Under the pieces are notes generated by a model. That model did not search any database. It had not been told where the DNA came from and was given only the letters and a program-made list of their open reading frames with translations. The translations under genes and the position numbers were made by a program. Positions 1 through 8,607 of a DNA stretch of 64,000 nt are shown piece after piece (within the stretch, counting starts at the first letter, position 1; every line of letters begins with the position of its first letter). Source of the stretch: Eubacteriales bacterium (GTDB lineage: Bacteria > Bacillota > Clostridia > Oscillospirales > CAG-272); the NCBI GenBank assembly GCA_045128735.1, contig JBGVRT010000017.1:7998-71997 (forward strand). Reading direction: 5' to 3'.

Positions 1-1
1 T

Positions 2-133
2 AATTACGCCGGTTCAAAGTATGCGGCTTTGAATCTTCAACACACACTTCCTGATAGAGTACCAACCGACGAAGAAATACAAAAAGCTGCGAAAATCATA
101 AAAGACATCACAAATTTTGTTGTCCTTTCTTGA
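2..133 (+). CDS. 3' end of an unidentified CDS entering from upstream of the window (43 codons + TGA)
   Basis: Frame 2 is open from the window edge to TGA at 131-133 (...PTDEEIQKAAKIIKDITNFVVLS*) and is followed by the hairpin at 176-201. It is too short for the ORF track and I recognise no family. Confidence 0.3.
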   Translation, partial: NYAGSKYAALNLQHTLPDRVPTDEEIQKAAKIIKDITNFVVLS

Positions 134-175
134 CACTAATGGATTTGACATCGTAATCAAAAAGGCAATATATAT

Positions 176-201
176 GGGCTGTCCTCGTTTGAGCACAGCC
201 C
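176..201. terminator. GC hairpin between convergent gene ends (possible bidirectional terminator)
   Basis: gggctgt-N12-acagccc, followed by ttggttt on the + strand and by a T-rich run on the - strand. Confidence 0.45.
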
Positions 202-206
202 TTGGT

Positions 207-1511
207 TTAATATTCAATAAGCAGGACGCTGTTGTTATTAAGTGTTTTTACCTCGGGTGACCAGGAAAGAAGTCTTTGGTCGTCAATAACGTGATAGCGG
301 GCATTTGAGAGATCTATGCCCTCAAAAATAAGCTCTTGCGGCTTACCGCTGATATTAGAGACAACTACAGCGTTTCTCTCACCGTTCGTTGCAGACACAG
401 CGTAAAGCCCCTTTTCGCCACACTCAAGGGCGGTCTGTTCTCCAAGCTTATAAAGCTCATTAAACGCCACAAGCGCGTAATATGCCTGCGTGGGGGTTAA
501 GGTCATAGGGTGAAAAAGTCCTGCGTAAACAGAGCCCTGAAGCCGCGCGTCGTAAAACATACACATATCAACGTCGGTATTCTGCATACCGAGCATCATT
601 GCCGCCACGTTTGCTCCGTGACTGCCTGTGCATCGGGTATCGGGGGCGGGATTCCACTCGTTGAGGTGTATCTCGATATCTCCGTATCCGCTTTCCTTAA
701 GCCTATCACTTATCCACTCGGCGCGCTGAATCATTTTTTGAGGTAATTGATAGCCGTGCCACGAAAAAAAGTCGATAGGCGGCTTTTTCGCTTTCAGATA
801 CTCGATAAATTTGTAAAAGAAATTGAGCCAATCCACCTGCAAGGGATACTGTTCCCTTTCGGCATTATTAAAGAAAGCTGCTTGAATACCGCAGGCGGCA
901 TATCCGCCTATTTTTATACTCGGGAATCTCGACTTAAGGTGGCGTGAGGTTATATCGTAAAGCTCAAAATACTGCTCCGCGCTTGCGTGCCACATCTGAG
1001 GATAGCCGCGGATTTCAGTATCTCCGTCGGGCTCGTTCCATATCTCCCAATATTTGATATCATAGAAAAAGCCGTCAGCCCAGCCCTCGTTGTAATGGGC
1101 GACAATATGCTCACAAATGCGCGCCCATTTGTGGAAATCCTTGGGCGGCTTAGTATTATAAGCTTTGATTGCGGCTTGATTTTCTATGGTTATGCCGAGT
1201 CGGTAATACGGCTCGACACCTGCCTCCTTAAGGGCGGCTATAAGTGCATCGGTAAATGTAAAATCATAGCTTGCTGGATCGTTTTCGTCCGCATCAAAAT
1301 TGCGGAAAATATTGGGAATGTCCACAAATCGGTTTGAGCCGTAGGGACCGCCAACATCGTGAAGTCTTGACACGGGAACACCTGCCTCGTTAAGGTAGTG
1401 AAAATGATGAAAAAAATTCTTACCGAGTCCGCCTATGGGAGCCTGCCCCACCGCGTGCATCGGCTTTATTTTTTCGACAGTTTTTGAATTATCTATTTTA
1501 ATAACTGCCAT
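207..1511 (-). CDS. clan GH-A glycoside hydrolase, GH39-like (family uncertain)
   Basis: 434-aa ORF with GGAGG SD. It has a WEIWNEPD acid/base-type motif and a TIM-barrel-like pattern. No signal peptide is evident. Confidence 0.6.
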   Translation of the reverse strand: MAVIKIDNSKTVEKIKPMHAVGQAPIGGLGKNFFHHFHYLNEAGVPVSRLHDVGGPYGSNRFVDIPNIFRNFDADENDPASYDFTFTDALIAALKEAGVEPYYRLGITIENQAAIKAYNTKPPKDFHKWARICEHIVAHYNEGWADGFFYDIKYWEIWNEPDGDTEIRGYPQMWHASAEQYFELYDITSRHLKSRFPSIKIGGYAACGIQAAFFNNAEREQYPLQVDWLNFFYKFIEYLKAKKPPIDFFSWHGYQLPQKMIQRAEWISDRLKESGYGDIEIHLNEWNPAPDTRCTGSHGANVAAMMLGMQNTDVDMCMFYDARLQGSVYAGLFHPMTLTPTQAYYALVAFNELYKLGEQTALECGEKGLYAVSATNGERNAVVVSNISGKPQELIFEGIDLSNARYHVIDDQRLLSWSPEVKTLNNNSVLLIEY

Positions 1512-1620
1512 AATCCCCCTCCAAAGTATTTTCTAAAAATATTTTAACACATAAAAAAAGTTTTGTCAAGTCATACGTAAGTGTTGCAAAAAGTTTGTGT
1601 TTGGAAGTGGTAGAACGGGG

Positions 1621-1957
1621 CGCTTTTTGGTAAAAAAGCTCCGCAAAAAACTTTTCGTGCAGGTTCTTCGTTAGATTTGAGCGACTCGCAGATACATTAT
1701 TGTTTGGCGCACTACGTTCGCACAAACCGTTGTAGGTACCGGCGTCCCTACAAGGTTGGGTGCTCCGCAGATACACACCTTCAAACACCAATTTGTCGCA
1801 AAAAACAATATTGATACACCGTATGGGCGGGCATTGCCCGTCCGTAAGTATAGGTTTAAGCCGAATATTCGGACGACGCGCATCGTTGATGCGTATGGTC
1901 GCCCCTACAAGGTTTGAGCGCAATCTCAAAACACACTTCCAAACACCAATTTACGGC
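1621..1957. repeat. mosaic intergenic repeat, locus A (modules shared with 50083-50338 and 53966-54061)
   Basis: Module 1 is cgctttttggtaaaaaagctccgcaaaaaacttttcg at 1621-1657. Module 2 is tttgagcgactcgcagatacattattgtttgg at 1676-1707. There are two direct ~55-nt units at 1746-1799 and 1903-1957 (ccctacaaggtt...caaacaccaattt). Confidence 0.8.
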
Positions 1958-2066
1958 ACAACAGAAAGACCGCGGCTGAAAGCCGAGGTCTTTTGAACTG
2001 CGTTAAATTATATTAGTATCAATTATACTGCGTGATGTTGAACCGTTTGCTCACGCCCACGGGGGC

Positions 2067-4007
2067 TTATTTTGCAAAGGTTGCGATCTCCTCTGCCGCC
2101 ATAGCGATAAACTCGTCCACAGTCATTACAGTGCTTTCGCCCGTCTTGCGCGAACGAACGGCAACCTTGCCCTCGCTCATTTCCTTTTCGCCGATTACGA
2201 GCATATAAGGCACCTTCTGAAGTTGTGCTTCGCGAATCTTATAGCCTATCTTCTCATTTCTCTCATCAAGCTCGGTTCTCATATTGAGAGCCTCAAGCTT
2301 TCTCTGAAGCTGCTCTGCGTATTCGTGCTGGTCTACGCCGATGGGAAGAATCTTTATCTGTGTGGGAGCTATCCACATAGGAAGTGCGCCTGCATACTTC
2401 TCAAGCATAAGCGCGAGAGTTCTTTCATAGCAACCGAGAGAGGTTCTGTGAATGATGTAAGGAGTTACTCTCTTGTCGTTGCTGTCGGTATACTCCATAC
2501 CGAACTTCTTTGCGAGAAGCATATCTATCTGAATTGTGATAAGCGTATCTTCCTTACCGTGAACGTTCTTTATCTGAATGTCAAGCTTAGGTCCGTAGAA
2601 CGCAGCCTCGTCGATACCGATAGAATAGTTATCCTTACCGAGAAGCTTGTCAAGCAGATTACCCATAACGCTCTGCGCCTCATCCCACTGCTCGGGTGTT
2701 CCCTCGTACTTATCTGTACGCGCGGGATCCCACTGCGAGAAGCGGAAGGAGCAGTCCTCCCTAAGTCCTACCGCATCAAGCATAAAGAGTGCCAACTCGA
2801 GACAACCCTTGAACTCCTCCTCAAGCTGCTCGGGCGCAAGTACAAGGTGACCCTCGGAGATGGTAAACTGTCTTACGCGGATAAGTCCGTGCATTTCGCC
2901 GCTATCCTCGTTTCTGAAAAGCGTAGAGGTCTCGCCAAGTCTCATGGGAAGATCTCTGTAGGAACGCTTTTTGTTAAGGAACACCTGATACTGGAAGGGG
3001 CATGTCATAGGACGGAGAGCAAAGCATTCCTTTGTCTCGTCGTGGGGGTCGCCGAGAATGAACATACCGTCAAGGTAGTGATCCCAGTGTCCCGAAATCT
3101 TATAAAGCTCACGCTTTGCCATAAGGGGAGTTTTTGTAAGAAGGTAGCCGCGGCGGCGCTCCTCGTCCTCAACAAAGCGCTGAAGAAGCTGAATGGTGCG
3201 TGCGCCCTTGGGAAGCATAATTGGGAGACCCTGACCTACAACGTCAACCGTAGTGAAGTACTCAAGGTCACGTCCTATCTTGTTATGGTCGCGCTTTTTT
3301 GCCTCCTCAACAGCGGCAAGATAAGCGTTCATTTCGTCCTTTGCGGGGAATGCAACGCCGTAAATTCTCTGAAGCATCTTATTGTTCTGGTCGCCCTTCC
3401 AATAAGCACCTGTGCACTGTGTAAGCTTGAACGCCTTTACAGCACCCGTGGAGTGAAGGTGAGGACCTGCGCAAAGGTCGGTAAATTCGCCCTGCTTATA
3501 GAAGCTGATTACCGCATCCTCGGGAAGCTCCTCAATAAGCTGAACCTTATAGGGCTCGTCCTTCTCACGCATAAGCTTGACAGCCTCCTCACGGGGAAGC
3601 TCGAAACGCTCGATAAGAAGATTCTCTTTAACGATCTTCTTCATCTCGTCCTCGATCTTTGCAAGAAGCTCGGGAGAGAAAGCAACCTCGCTGTCGATAT
3701 CATAGTAAAATCCGTTTTCGATAGCGGGACCTATAGTGAGCTTTGCCGCAGGGTAAAGACGCTTTACCGCCTGAGCAAGGACGTGAGAAGCGGTATGACG
3801 GAACACGTGCTTTCCGCCTTCGTCCGCAAATGTAAGAAGCTTTACGTCGGCATCGGCATTAAGCTCCTTGGAGAGTGCGCATATCTCACCGCCAATTTCG
3901 CAGGCAAGTGTTGCGCGGCTTACAAGCTCGCCTGCGCGAGCCGCTTCGTAAACTGTTATCGGTGCTTCGCACTCGACAATTTTTTCGCCAAAATTAACTT
4001 TTATCAT
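2067..4007 (-). CDS. thrS: threonine--tRNA ligase
   Basis: 646-aa ORF with TGS, editing and class II core patterns (FRHTASHVLAQA, GHWDHY, RVRQFT). A Thr-specific T-box lies upstream. Confidence 0.95.
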   Translation of the reverse strand: MIKVNFGEKIVECEAPITVYEAARAGELVSRATLACEIGGEICALSKELNADADVKLLTFADEGGKHVFRHTASHVLAQAVKRLYPAAKLTIGPAIENGFYYDIDSEVAFSPELLAKIEDEMKKIVKENLLIERFELPREEAVKLMREKDEPYKVQLIEELPEDAVISFYKQGEFTDLCAGPHLHSTGAVKAFKLTQCTGAYWKGDQNNKMLQRIYGVAFPAKDEMNAYLAAVEEAKKRDHNKIGRDLEYFTTVDVVGQGLPIMLPKGARTIQLLQRFVEDEERRRGYLLTKTPLMAKRELYKISGHWDHYLDGMFILGDPHDETKECFALRPMTCPFQYQVFLNKKRSYRDLPMRLGETSTLFRNEDSGEMHGLIRVRQFTISEGHLVLAPEQLEEEFKGCLELALFMLDAVGLREDCSFRFSQWDPARTDKYEGTPEQWDEAQSVMGNLLDKLLGKDNYSIGIDEAAFYGPKLDIQIKNVHGKEDTLITIQIDMLLAKKFGMEYTDSNDKRVTPYIIHRTSLGCYERTLALMLEKYAGALPMWIAPTQIKILPIGVDQHEYAEQLQRKLEALNMRTELDERNEKIGYKIREAQLQKVPYMLVIGEKEMSEGKVAVRSRKTGESTVMTVDEFIAMAAEEIATFAK

Positions 4008-4029
4008 TTCAAAACCTCCGTTTTAATTT

Positions 4030-4220
4030 TCAAAAAAATAACACACCCCGACAATTGTGTCGGGGTGTGGAAAAATCCGCACGGTTCCACCCGAGCTTTT
4101 AACTCATTAAGGTATGGAATTGTAAACATAAGGTGGTACAACTCCGAAGCTCTGCGAAGAACCTTTCACCAAACGGCCCTCTCTCTGTGCGCTTCCCTGT
4201 CGGGTGCGTATCCTTACGTA
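4030..4220 (-). promoter_or_regulatory. T-box leader (Thr specifier ACC) with intrinsic terminator
   Basis: On the minus strand I see an AGAGAG box, then GTTGTACCACC (ACC codons in the specifier region). The T-box core is GCTCGGGTGGAACCGTGCGG (plus coordinates 4077-4096). A terminator hairpin ccacaccccgacacaattgtcggggtgtg plus a U-run follows (4032-4069). Confidence 0.9.
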
Positions 4221-4224
4221 ATGT

Positions 4225-4253
4225 ATTTTACATCAACTTTTATTTTTTGTCAA
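4225..4253 (-). promoter_or_regulatory. sigma-A type promoter of the thrS leader
   Basis: Minus strand TTGACA (4253-4248), 17 nt spacer, TAAAAT (4230-4225). Confidence 0.75.
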
Positions 4254-4262
4254 GTCCCTTTT

Positions 4263-4697
4263 TCAAATAACCGTTCTTTTTTTGAGGTTATATTCCGAAC
4301 GGGGATTGTATATCTCGCGCCAGGAAAGATCGCCTCTGTCAAGAGCCGTTATTATTACCTCTGCCGTAGCGATATTGGTCGCAACGGGGATATTGTAAAG
4401 GTCGCACATGCGCATAAGCTCATGCTCGGTATCGCTGTACTCGGTGTCGGGTCTTGTATCTCTGAAATTAAGAAGAACGTCTATCTCGTTATACGCAAGT
4501 CGCGAAATAATCTGCTCCTCACCGCCGTGTTCTCCCGTAAGCAGTCTTTCTATCTCAAGTCCGGTCGCTTCGGATATATACTTAGCGGTAATGCTTGTAG
4601 CGCACAGATTATGTTTACTGAGAATACCGCAGTAGGCGATACAAAATTGTGTCATAAGTTCTTTTTTAGTGTCGTTCGCAATTATTGCTATTTCCAT
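4263..4697 (-). CDS. methylglyoxal synthase-like (MGS-like) domain protein, probably non-catalytic
   Basis: Start chosen at MEIAIIANDTKK with GAAAGGAA SD. It aligns by eye to MgsA (ALIAHD, ATGTTG, GGDQQ), but here those read IIAND, ATSITA and GGEEQ. Confidence 0.7.
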   Translation of the reverse strand: MEIAIIANDTKKELMTQFCIAYCGILSKHNLCATSITAKYISEATGLEIERLLTGEHGGEEQIISRLAYNEIDVLLNFRDTRPDTEYSDTEHELMRMCDLYNIPVATNIATAEVIITALDRGDLSWREIYNPRSEYNLKKRTVI

Positions 4698-4892
4698 ATA
4701 TGACCATTCCTTTCTCGGTTTTAATCTATACCGTAGCCACAAGTATAACCATGTGTTATGCAAATGTGATATTATATTATAACACACAAAGTACTGTTTT
4801 GTCAATATTTTTATGAATATTATAAGCCATTTTTTGCTAAATTAACAGTAATATTCAATATTTTTACATAATAATCCGCCAAAGATCCTTAT

Positions 4893-5210
4893 TTATGAAT
4901 TTTTATTGATAAAATATCCACTTTTTCTTTGGCTTTCGACAAGCTTTCTGCCGCCGAGACGCTCCGACTTCCTGTTTATCGAGCAAATATGAACCGCAAC
5001 ACTCTTTTCGCCAAGCGCCAACGATTCATCGGCAAGCGCGGCGATTTCCTTTTTATTCAAGCTCACGTCAGAGTTATAAAGCAGGCGAAAAATCTCAAAT
5101 TCGCAGGCTGTAAGCTCAATTTTATAGCCAAGATATCTCACCTCGCCGCTTCTGCCGTCAACACGTACATAGGGATAGCGCGGCGCAAGGTCATTATTTA
5201 ACTTTTCCAA
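4893..5210 (-). CDS. stand-alone OmpR/PhoB-type winged-helix DNA-binding protein (no receiver domain)
   Basis: 105 aa. The pattern LTACEFEIFRLL...SVAVHICSINRK...GYFI is typical of a Trans_reg_C domain. Confidence 0.6.
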   Translation of the reverse strand: MEKLNNDLAPRYPYVRVDGRSGEVRYLGYKIELTACEFEIFRLLYNSDVSLNKKEIAALADESLALGEKSVAVHICSINRKSERLGGRKLVESQRKSGYFINKNS

Positions 5211-5230
5211 AGCACTCTCTCATTTCAAAC

Positions 5231-5258
5231 GGGGCTGTCACACAAGGATAACAGCCCC
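5231..5258. terminator. hairpin between the BY-kinase gene and the winged-helix gene
   Basis: ggggctgt-N12-acagcccc. The T-run is good on + (ggattttt) and weak on -. Confidence 0.4.
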
Positions 5259-5428
5259 GGATTTTTAATGGTCACCTCTAAGAACTCAACGGCAGACGAA
5301 TCGGCGGTGCTTTTTCTGTCATGCGTCACAAAAATTCTTCGCATAGGGTAAACTATACGCGCGAATTTTTGTTTAGACTGACGAAAAAATCCCTCGCCGC
5401 TCGCCTCGCGTGAGTTTTTAGAGGTGAC

Positions 5429-6115
5429 CTAATATTTTCCGCCGTATGCGCCGCGGTATTTGTTATAATATCCGTAGCGCTTACCTTTTTTCTCCTGCTT
5501 GTTAAGCACCGCGCCGATAATATGCGCGCCACTCTTTTCAAGCTGATTTTTTACGTTTTTTGCAATCTCGCCCTTTATCTTGCCCTCGGGAATTACGAGT
5601 ATCGCGCTGTCGCAAACACTTGCGACAACCGCCGCGTCAACCACCACTCCGAGAGGGGGAGTGTCAACTATGATGTAATCGTAAATCGCCTTTTGCTCGT
5701 CAACGAAGCTCTTGAGCGCGGATGAGCTGAGAAGCTCTGCGGGATTTGCGGGATACTGACCCGAGAAAATCATATCAAGACCGCTTATCTGCGTTGAGAA
5801 CTTAACGTCGGCAAGCGTAGCCTGGCTGCTGAGATATTCGCTGAAGCCGACAACGCCTACTTCGTCGGAATAGGTTGTAAGCAAAACCGATTTTCTGAGA
5901 TCGGAGTCAACTACAAGCACCTTTTTGCCTGCCTGTGCAAGCGTTACGCCAAGCCCCAACGAAATAGTGGACTTGCCGTCGTTTGGCAAACAGCTTGTTA
6001 CAACTATAACCTTTACGTCGGGACCGCAGAACTGAACGTTTGCGCGGAGCGACTTAAACGCTTCACACGCACCCGAGAGTTCTTCTCTGTCTATTTTCAA
6101 GCTTATTTTTTTCAT
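5429..6115 (-). CDS. CpsD/CapB/PtkA-family protein tyrosine kinase (BY-kinase)
   Basis: Walker A NDGKST, Walker A' VLVVDSDLR and Walker B IIVDTPP. The C-terminal tail is Tyr-rich (YGYYNKYRGAYGGKY). Confidence 0.9.
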   Translation of the reverse strand: MKKISLKIDREELSGACEAFKSLRANVQFCGPDVKVIVVTSCLPNDGKSTISLGLGVTLAQAGKKVLVVDSDLRKSVLLTTYSDEVGVVGFSEYLSSQATLADVKFSTQISGLDMIFSGQYPANPAELLSSSALKSFVDEQKAIYDYIIVDTPPLGVVVDAAVVASVCDSAILVIPEGKIKGEIAKNVKNQLEKSGAHIIGAVLNKQEKKGKRYGYYNKYRGAYGGKY

Positions 6116-6130
6116 AATTCACTCTCCTGT

Positions 6131-6859
6131 TTACGCTCTGCGGGATTTTTTGTTCTTCTTGGGACTTGTATAAGGAATAACTCCGAGAACGCTCAAGCCA
6201 AGTATCTCCTCGATGTCCTCGGCAGTCTTGATCTTGTCGTCGTGTATCATTATAAGAATGAAGATTGCATAAATGATGATAGCCGCAACAAGGCCCGCGA
6301 TAACCGCGAACTCAACTCCAACCGAGTTGGAGGGGTTCTTACTGAGAGTACCCTCGTCAATAACCTTTGCGGTAGCAAACTCTATGTACTCCTCGATCTG
6401 CGCCGCGCCTATACGGCAAAGCGAGTTTACAATATCACGCGAAAGCACGGCGTCACCGCTTGTAACCGTAACCTCAAGCACGTGAGAATCGGGGTAATTT
6501 GAAACAGATATCATACTTTTGAGCTTGGAATAGTTAATTCCCTTTGACTCAAGATCAAGCTCATCGATTATACGGTAGAGCACCGAGCGGCTTGTCATAA
6601 GCTGTTCGCAGTCGTTCACCGCGGTAATGGTAAGCGAGTAGTAGTACGCACTGGAGGACGCCGAGAGATTCTCCTCGGGGTTCATGACCATTATCGTGGA
6701 CTTGGAGGTATACTGCTCGGTATAGTTGGTGGCAAGCACCGCAAAGGTAGCCCCACCCACAATAAGCGCCGCAAGAATCATTATCCAAAGGCGCTTGAGC
6801 AACACCGCAAGCATATCGGTAATTTTAATGCTGATATCGTTTGTACTGTTCATTTTCAT
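6131..6859 (-). CDS. Wzz/CpsC/TkmA-type chain-length determinant / kinase modulator
   Basis: 242 aa with two TM segments flanking a periplasmic-type domain. It sits directly upstream of the BY-kinase. The start could be Met3. Confidence 0.8.
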   Translation of the reverse strand: MKMNSTNDISIKITDMLAVLLKRLWIMILAALIVGGATFAVLATNYTEQYTSKSTIMVMNPEENLSASSSAYYYSLTITAVNDCEQLMTSRSVLYRIIDELDLESKGINYSKLKSMISVSNYPDSHVLEVTVTSGDAVLSRDIVNSLCRIGAAQIEEYIEFATAKVIDEGTLSKNPSNSVGVEFAVIAGLVAAIIIYAIFILIMIHDDKIKTAEDIEEILGLSVLGVIPYTSPKKNKKSRRA

Positions 6860-6885
6860 TGCTCCTGATTATTTTTTGATTTTGG

Positions 6886-7611
6886 TCACACTCTTTGATT
6901 TGAAAGAATTTTCTGCGGAACGGTACAAAATACCTCCTCCGCGTAGTTATAGCCGAATTTTGAGATTACAAGCTCCGCCGCTTTTTTCATATCGGGCGGA
7001 CGCTGTTGCAGGTCGTGGGCGTCTGACGCCACCAAATCCACCAAGCCCTCTGCAAACAGCTTCATGCATTGCCTTCTTGAAGCCGACATAAAACCTTTAA
7101 GCAACGATTTGGCGTTGATCTGTATAACCGCACCCAGATCCGATATTCTCCGCACGTCCTCAAGTCTGCCAAAAAGCTCGGCATAGCGTTCGATATGAGC
7201 GACAACGGGAATATATCCGCTGTTTACAAGCCGTTCGACACCCTTTACCACGCTTCTCGCATCCGGCGTCCCCATAAAGTCAAGCAAAATATAACGCGAA
7301 CCTGCAAGCGTAAGCACGCGCCCATCGGAAATCGCATCAACGCAATCGTAGTGATAAGACACCTCCGAGCCTGCGTAAAGCTTCATTTCGGGCAAATACT
7401 CCCTGCAATATTCCTCGGCGCACGCAAGGCGCTCTGCTATCTGCTGTGGAGTACAATTGTTCTTTGAGGTAAAGTAGTGCGGAGTGAAGCAAATACTTCT
7501 CACGCCGCTATCATATGACGCCCTTAACATTGCGAAGGTAGTTTCGCGGCTGTCTGCGCCGTCGTCAAGCTCAAAAAGCGAATGATTATGAAGGTCGGTA
7601 ATTTCAAACAT
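6886..7611 (-). CDS. CpsB/CapC-family PHP-domain tyrosine-protein phosphatase
   Basis: N-terminal DLHNHSLFELDDGA and C-terminal SDAH motif. It is the first gene of the three-gene module. Confidence 0.85.
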   Translation of the reverse strand: MFEITDLHNHSLFELDDGADSRETTFAMLRASYDSGVRSICFTPHYFTSKNNCTPQQIAERLACAEEYCREYLPEMKLYAGSEVSYHYDCVDAISDGRVLTLAGSRYILLDFMGTPDARSVVKGVERLVNSGYIPVVAHIERYAELFGRLEDVRRISDLGAVIQINAKSLLKGFMSASRRQCMKLFAEGLVDLVASDAHDLQQRPPDMKKAAELVISKFGYNYAEEVFCTVPQKILSNQRV

Positions 7612-7660
7612 AAATTCACTTCCCTATACAAATTCGGCAAAACCAATACTTACTCGCTTA

Positions 7661-7689
7661 ATTATATCATATAAATATTCGATTGTCAA
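7661..7689 (-). promoter_or_regulatory. sigma-A type promoter of the cpsB-like operon
   Basis: Minus strand TTGACA, 17 nt spacer, TGaTATAAT. Confidence 0.75.
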
Positions 7690-7731
7690 GCCAAACAAGA
7701 CCAAATCCGACACCGTTTTTGCAAAATTCGC

Positions 7732-8547
7732 TCAGTGCGACTTATTTATAACCGAAAGCATAGTGCCGCGCATTCCCTTCATTCTTCTATGGGAGTAATA
7801 TTTATCCTCGAGGCAGAAGCTGCATTCGTCGCAAAGGTCGATATTGGAGCTTGGAACTCCGCAAGAAACAAGCAAGCTATAATTCATTCCCTTTATATCG
7901 GCAAAAAGACTTTTTCCTCGGCGTTCAATAAACCTCTCGGCATATTCCGCACCAAGGAAATCGGCAACTGTATCGGGAAATTCCTCGCCCACCTCAAAGC
8001 AGCATTTCCCTATTGACGGGCCTATCGCCGCGCGTATGCGCCCTATATCCGCGCCTTTTTTTACAAGTGCCTTTACTCCCTCGCGCGCGATACCGCCCAC
8101 CGTTCCGCGCCAACCTGCGTGGAGCGCACACACGGCAATTATCTCACCGTTTTCGTCCTCAGCCTCAAGGAGTATGGGAACACAATCGGCACTTTTCACC
8201 CCAAGCGTGACAAGCTCCGAATCGGTCACATAGCCGTCTCCCTCACCCTCGGGCGGCTTGAAATATCCGCGTCCGCGGTCATTTTCGTCCACGTCAAGCA
8301 CCTTTGCCGAATGTATCTGCGGCAAGCTGATGACGCTTTCCTTATCAAATCCCACCGTCTTGGCAAAGCGCGAAAGATTTTCAAGCACAACGCCGTCGCT
8401 GTCACCTCGCCCGAAAGCAAGGTTAAGCGACGAGGTATGCTCAAGGTTACTTACACCGCCCATCCTCGTTGCAAATCCGTGGCGTGACTTGAGTATATCC
8501 GAGCGCAAATATACAACGCCGTTTTCGGCTCTCACCGTTTCAAACAT
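7732..8547 (-). CDS. pgeF: YfiH/PgeF (DUF152) family peptidoglycan editing factor / laccase-domain protein
   Basis: Start at MFETVRAENG with GGAGG SD. Motifs: HS..V, ADCVPI, HAGWRG, CCFEVG. Confidence 0.85.
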   Translation of the reverse strand: MFETVRAENGVVYLRSDILKSRHGFATRMGGVSNLEHTSSLNLAFGRGDSDGVVLENLSRFAKTVGFDKESVISLPQIHSAKVLDVDENDRGRGYFKPPEGEGDGYVTDSELVTLGVKSADCVPILLEAEDENGEIIAVCALHAGWRGTVGGIAREGVKALVKKGADIGRIRAAIGPSIGKCCFEVGEEFPDTVADFLGAEYAERFIERRGKSLFADIKGMNYSLLVSCGVPSSNIDLCDECSFCLEDKYYSHRRMKGMRGTMLSVINKSH

Positions 8548-8607
8548 ATCGTTCCTCCGTAAAAAACGTGCAGAACAAACGCCCTGCACGATATTTTATG
8601 CTTAAAA

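Noticed and set aside
14-217. 67-aa minus-strand ORF at the window start
   Set aside because: It overlaps the stop region of the GH39-like gene and a terminator hairpin, and its composition looks like junk. A + strand partial CDS (2-133) is at least as plausible, but that is also weakly supported.
2223-4703. 826-aa + strand ORF spanning thrS, the T-box leader and the MGS-like gene in antisense
   Set aside because: It is exactly in register with the thrS codons (both triplet phases start at positions divisible by 3). It therefore stays open simply because TTA/CTA/TCA sense codons are avoided. The translation is L/K/V-rich with no motifs, whereas the minus-strand genes have clear family signatures, SD sites and a T-box. 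Staying open across the ~250-nt gap is only mildly unlikely (about 2 percent by rough estimate).
5270-5429. Perfect 12-bp inverted repeat ggtcacctctaa / ttagaggtgacc, 136 nt apart, downstream of the BY-kinase gene
   Set aside because: A 12-bp inverted match within 200 nt is expected roughly once by chance in a 64-kb window. There is no recombinase, promoter or other supporting context.
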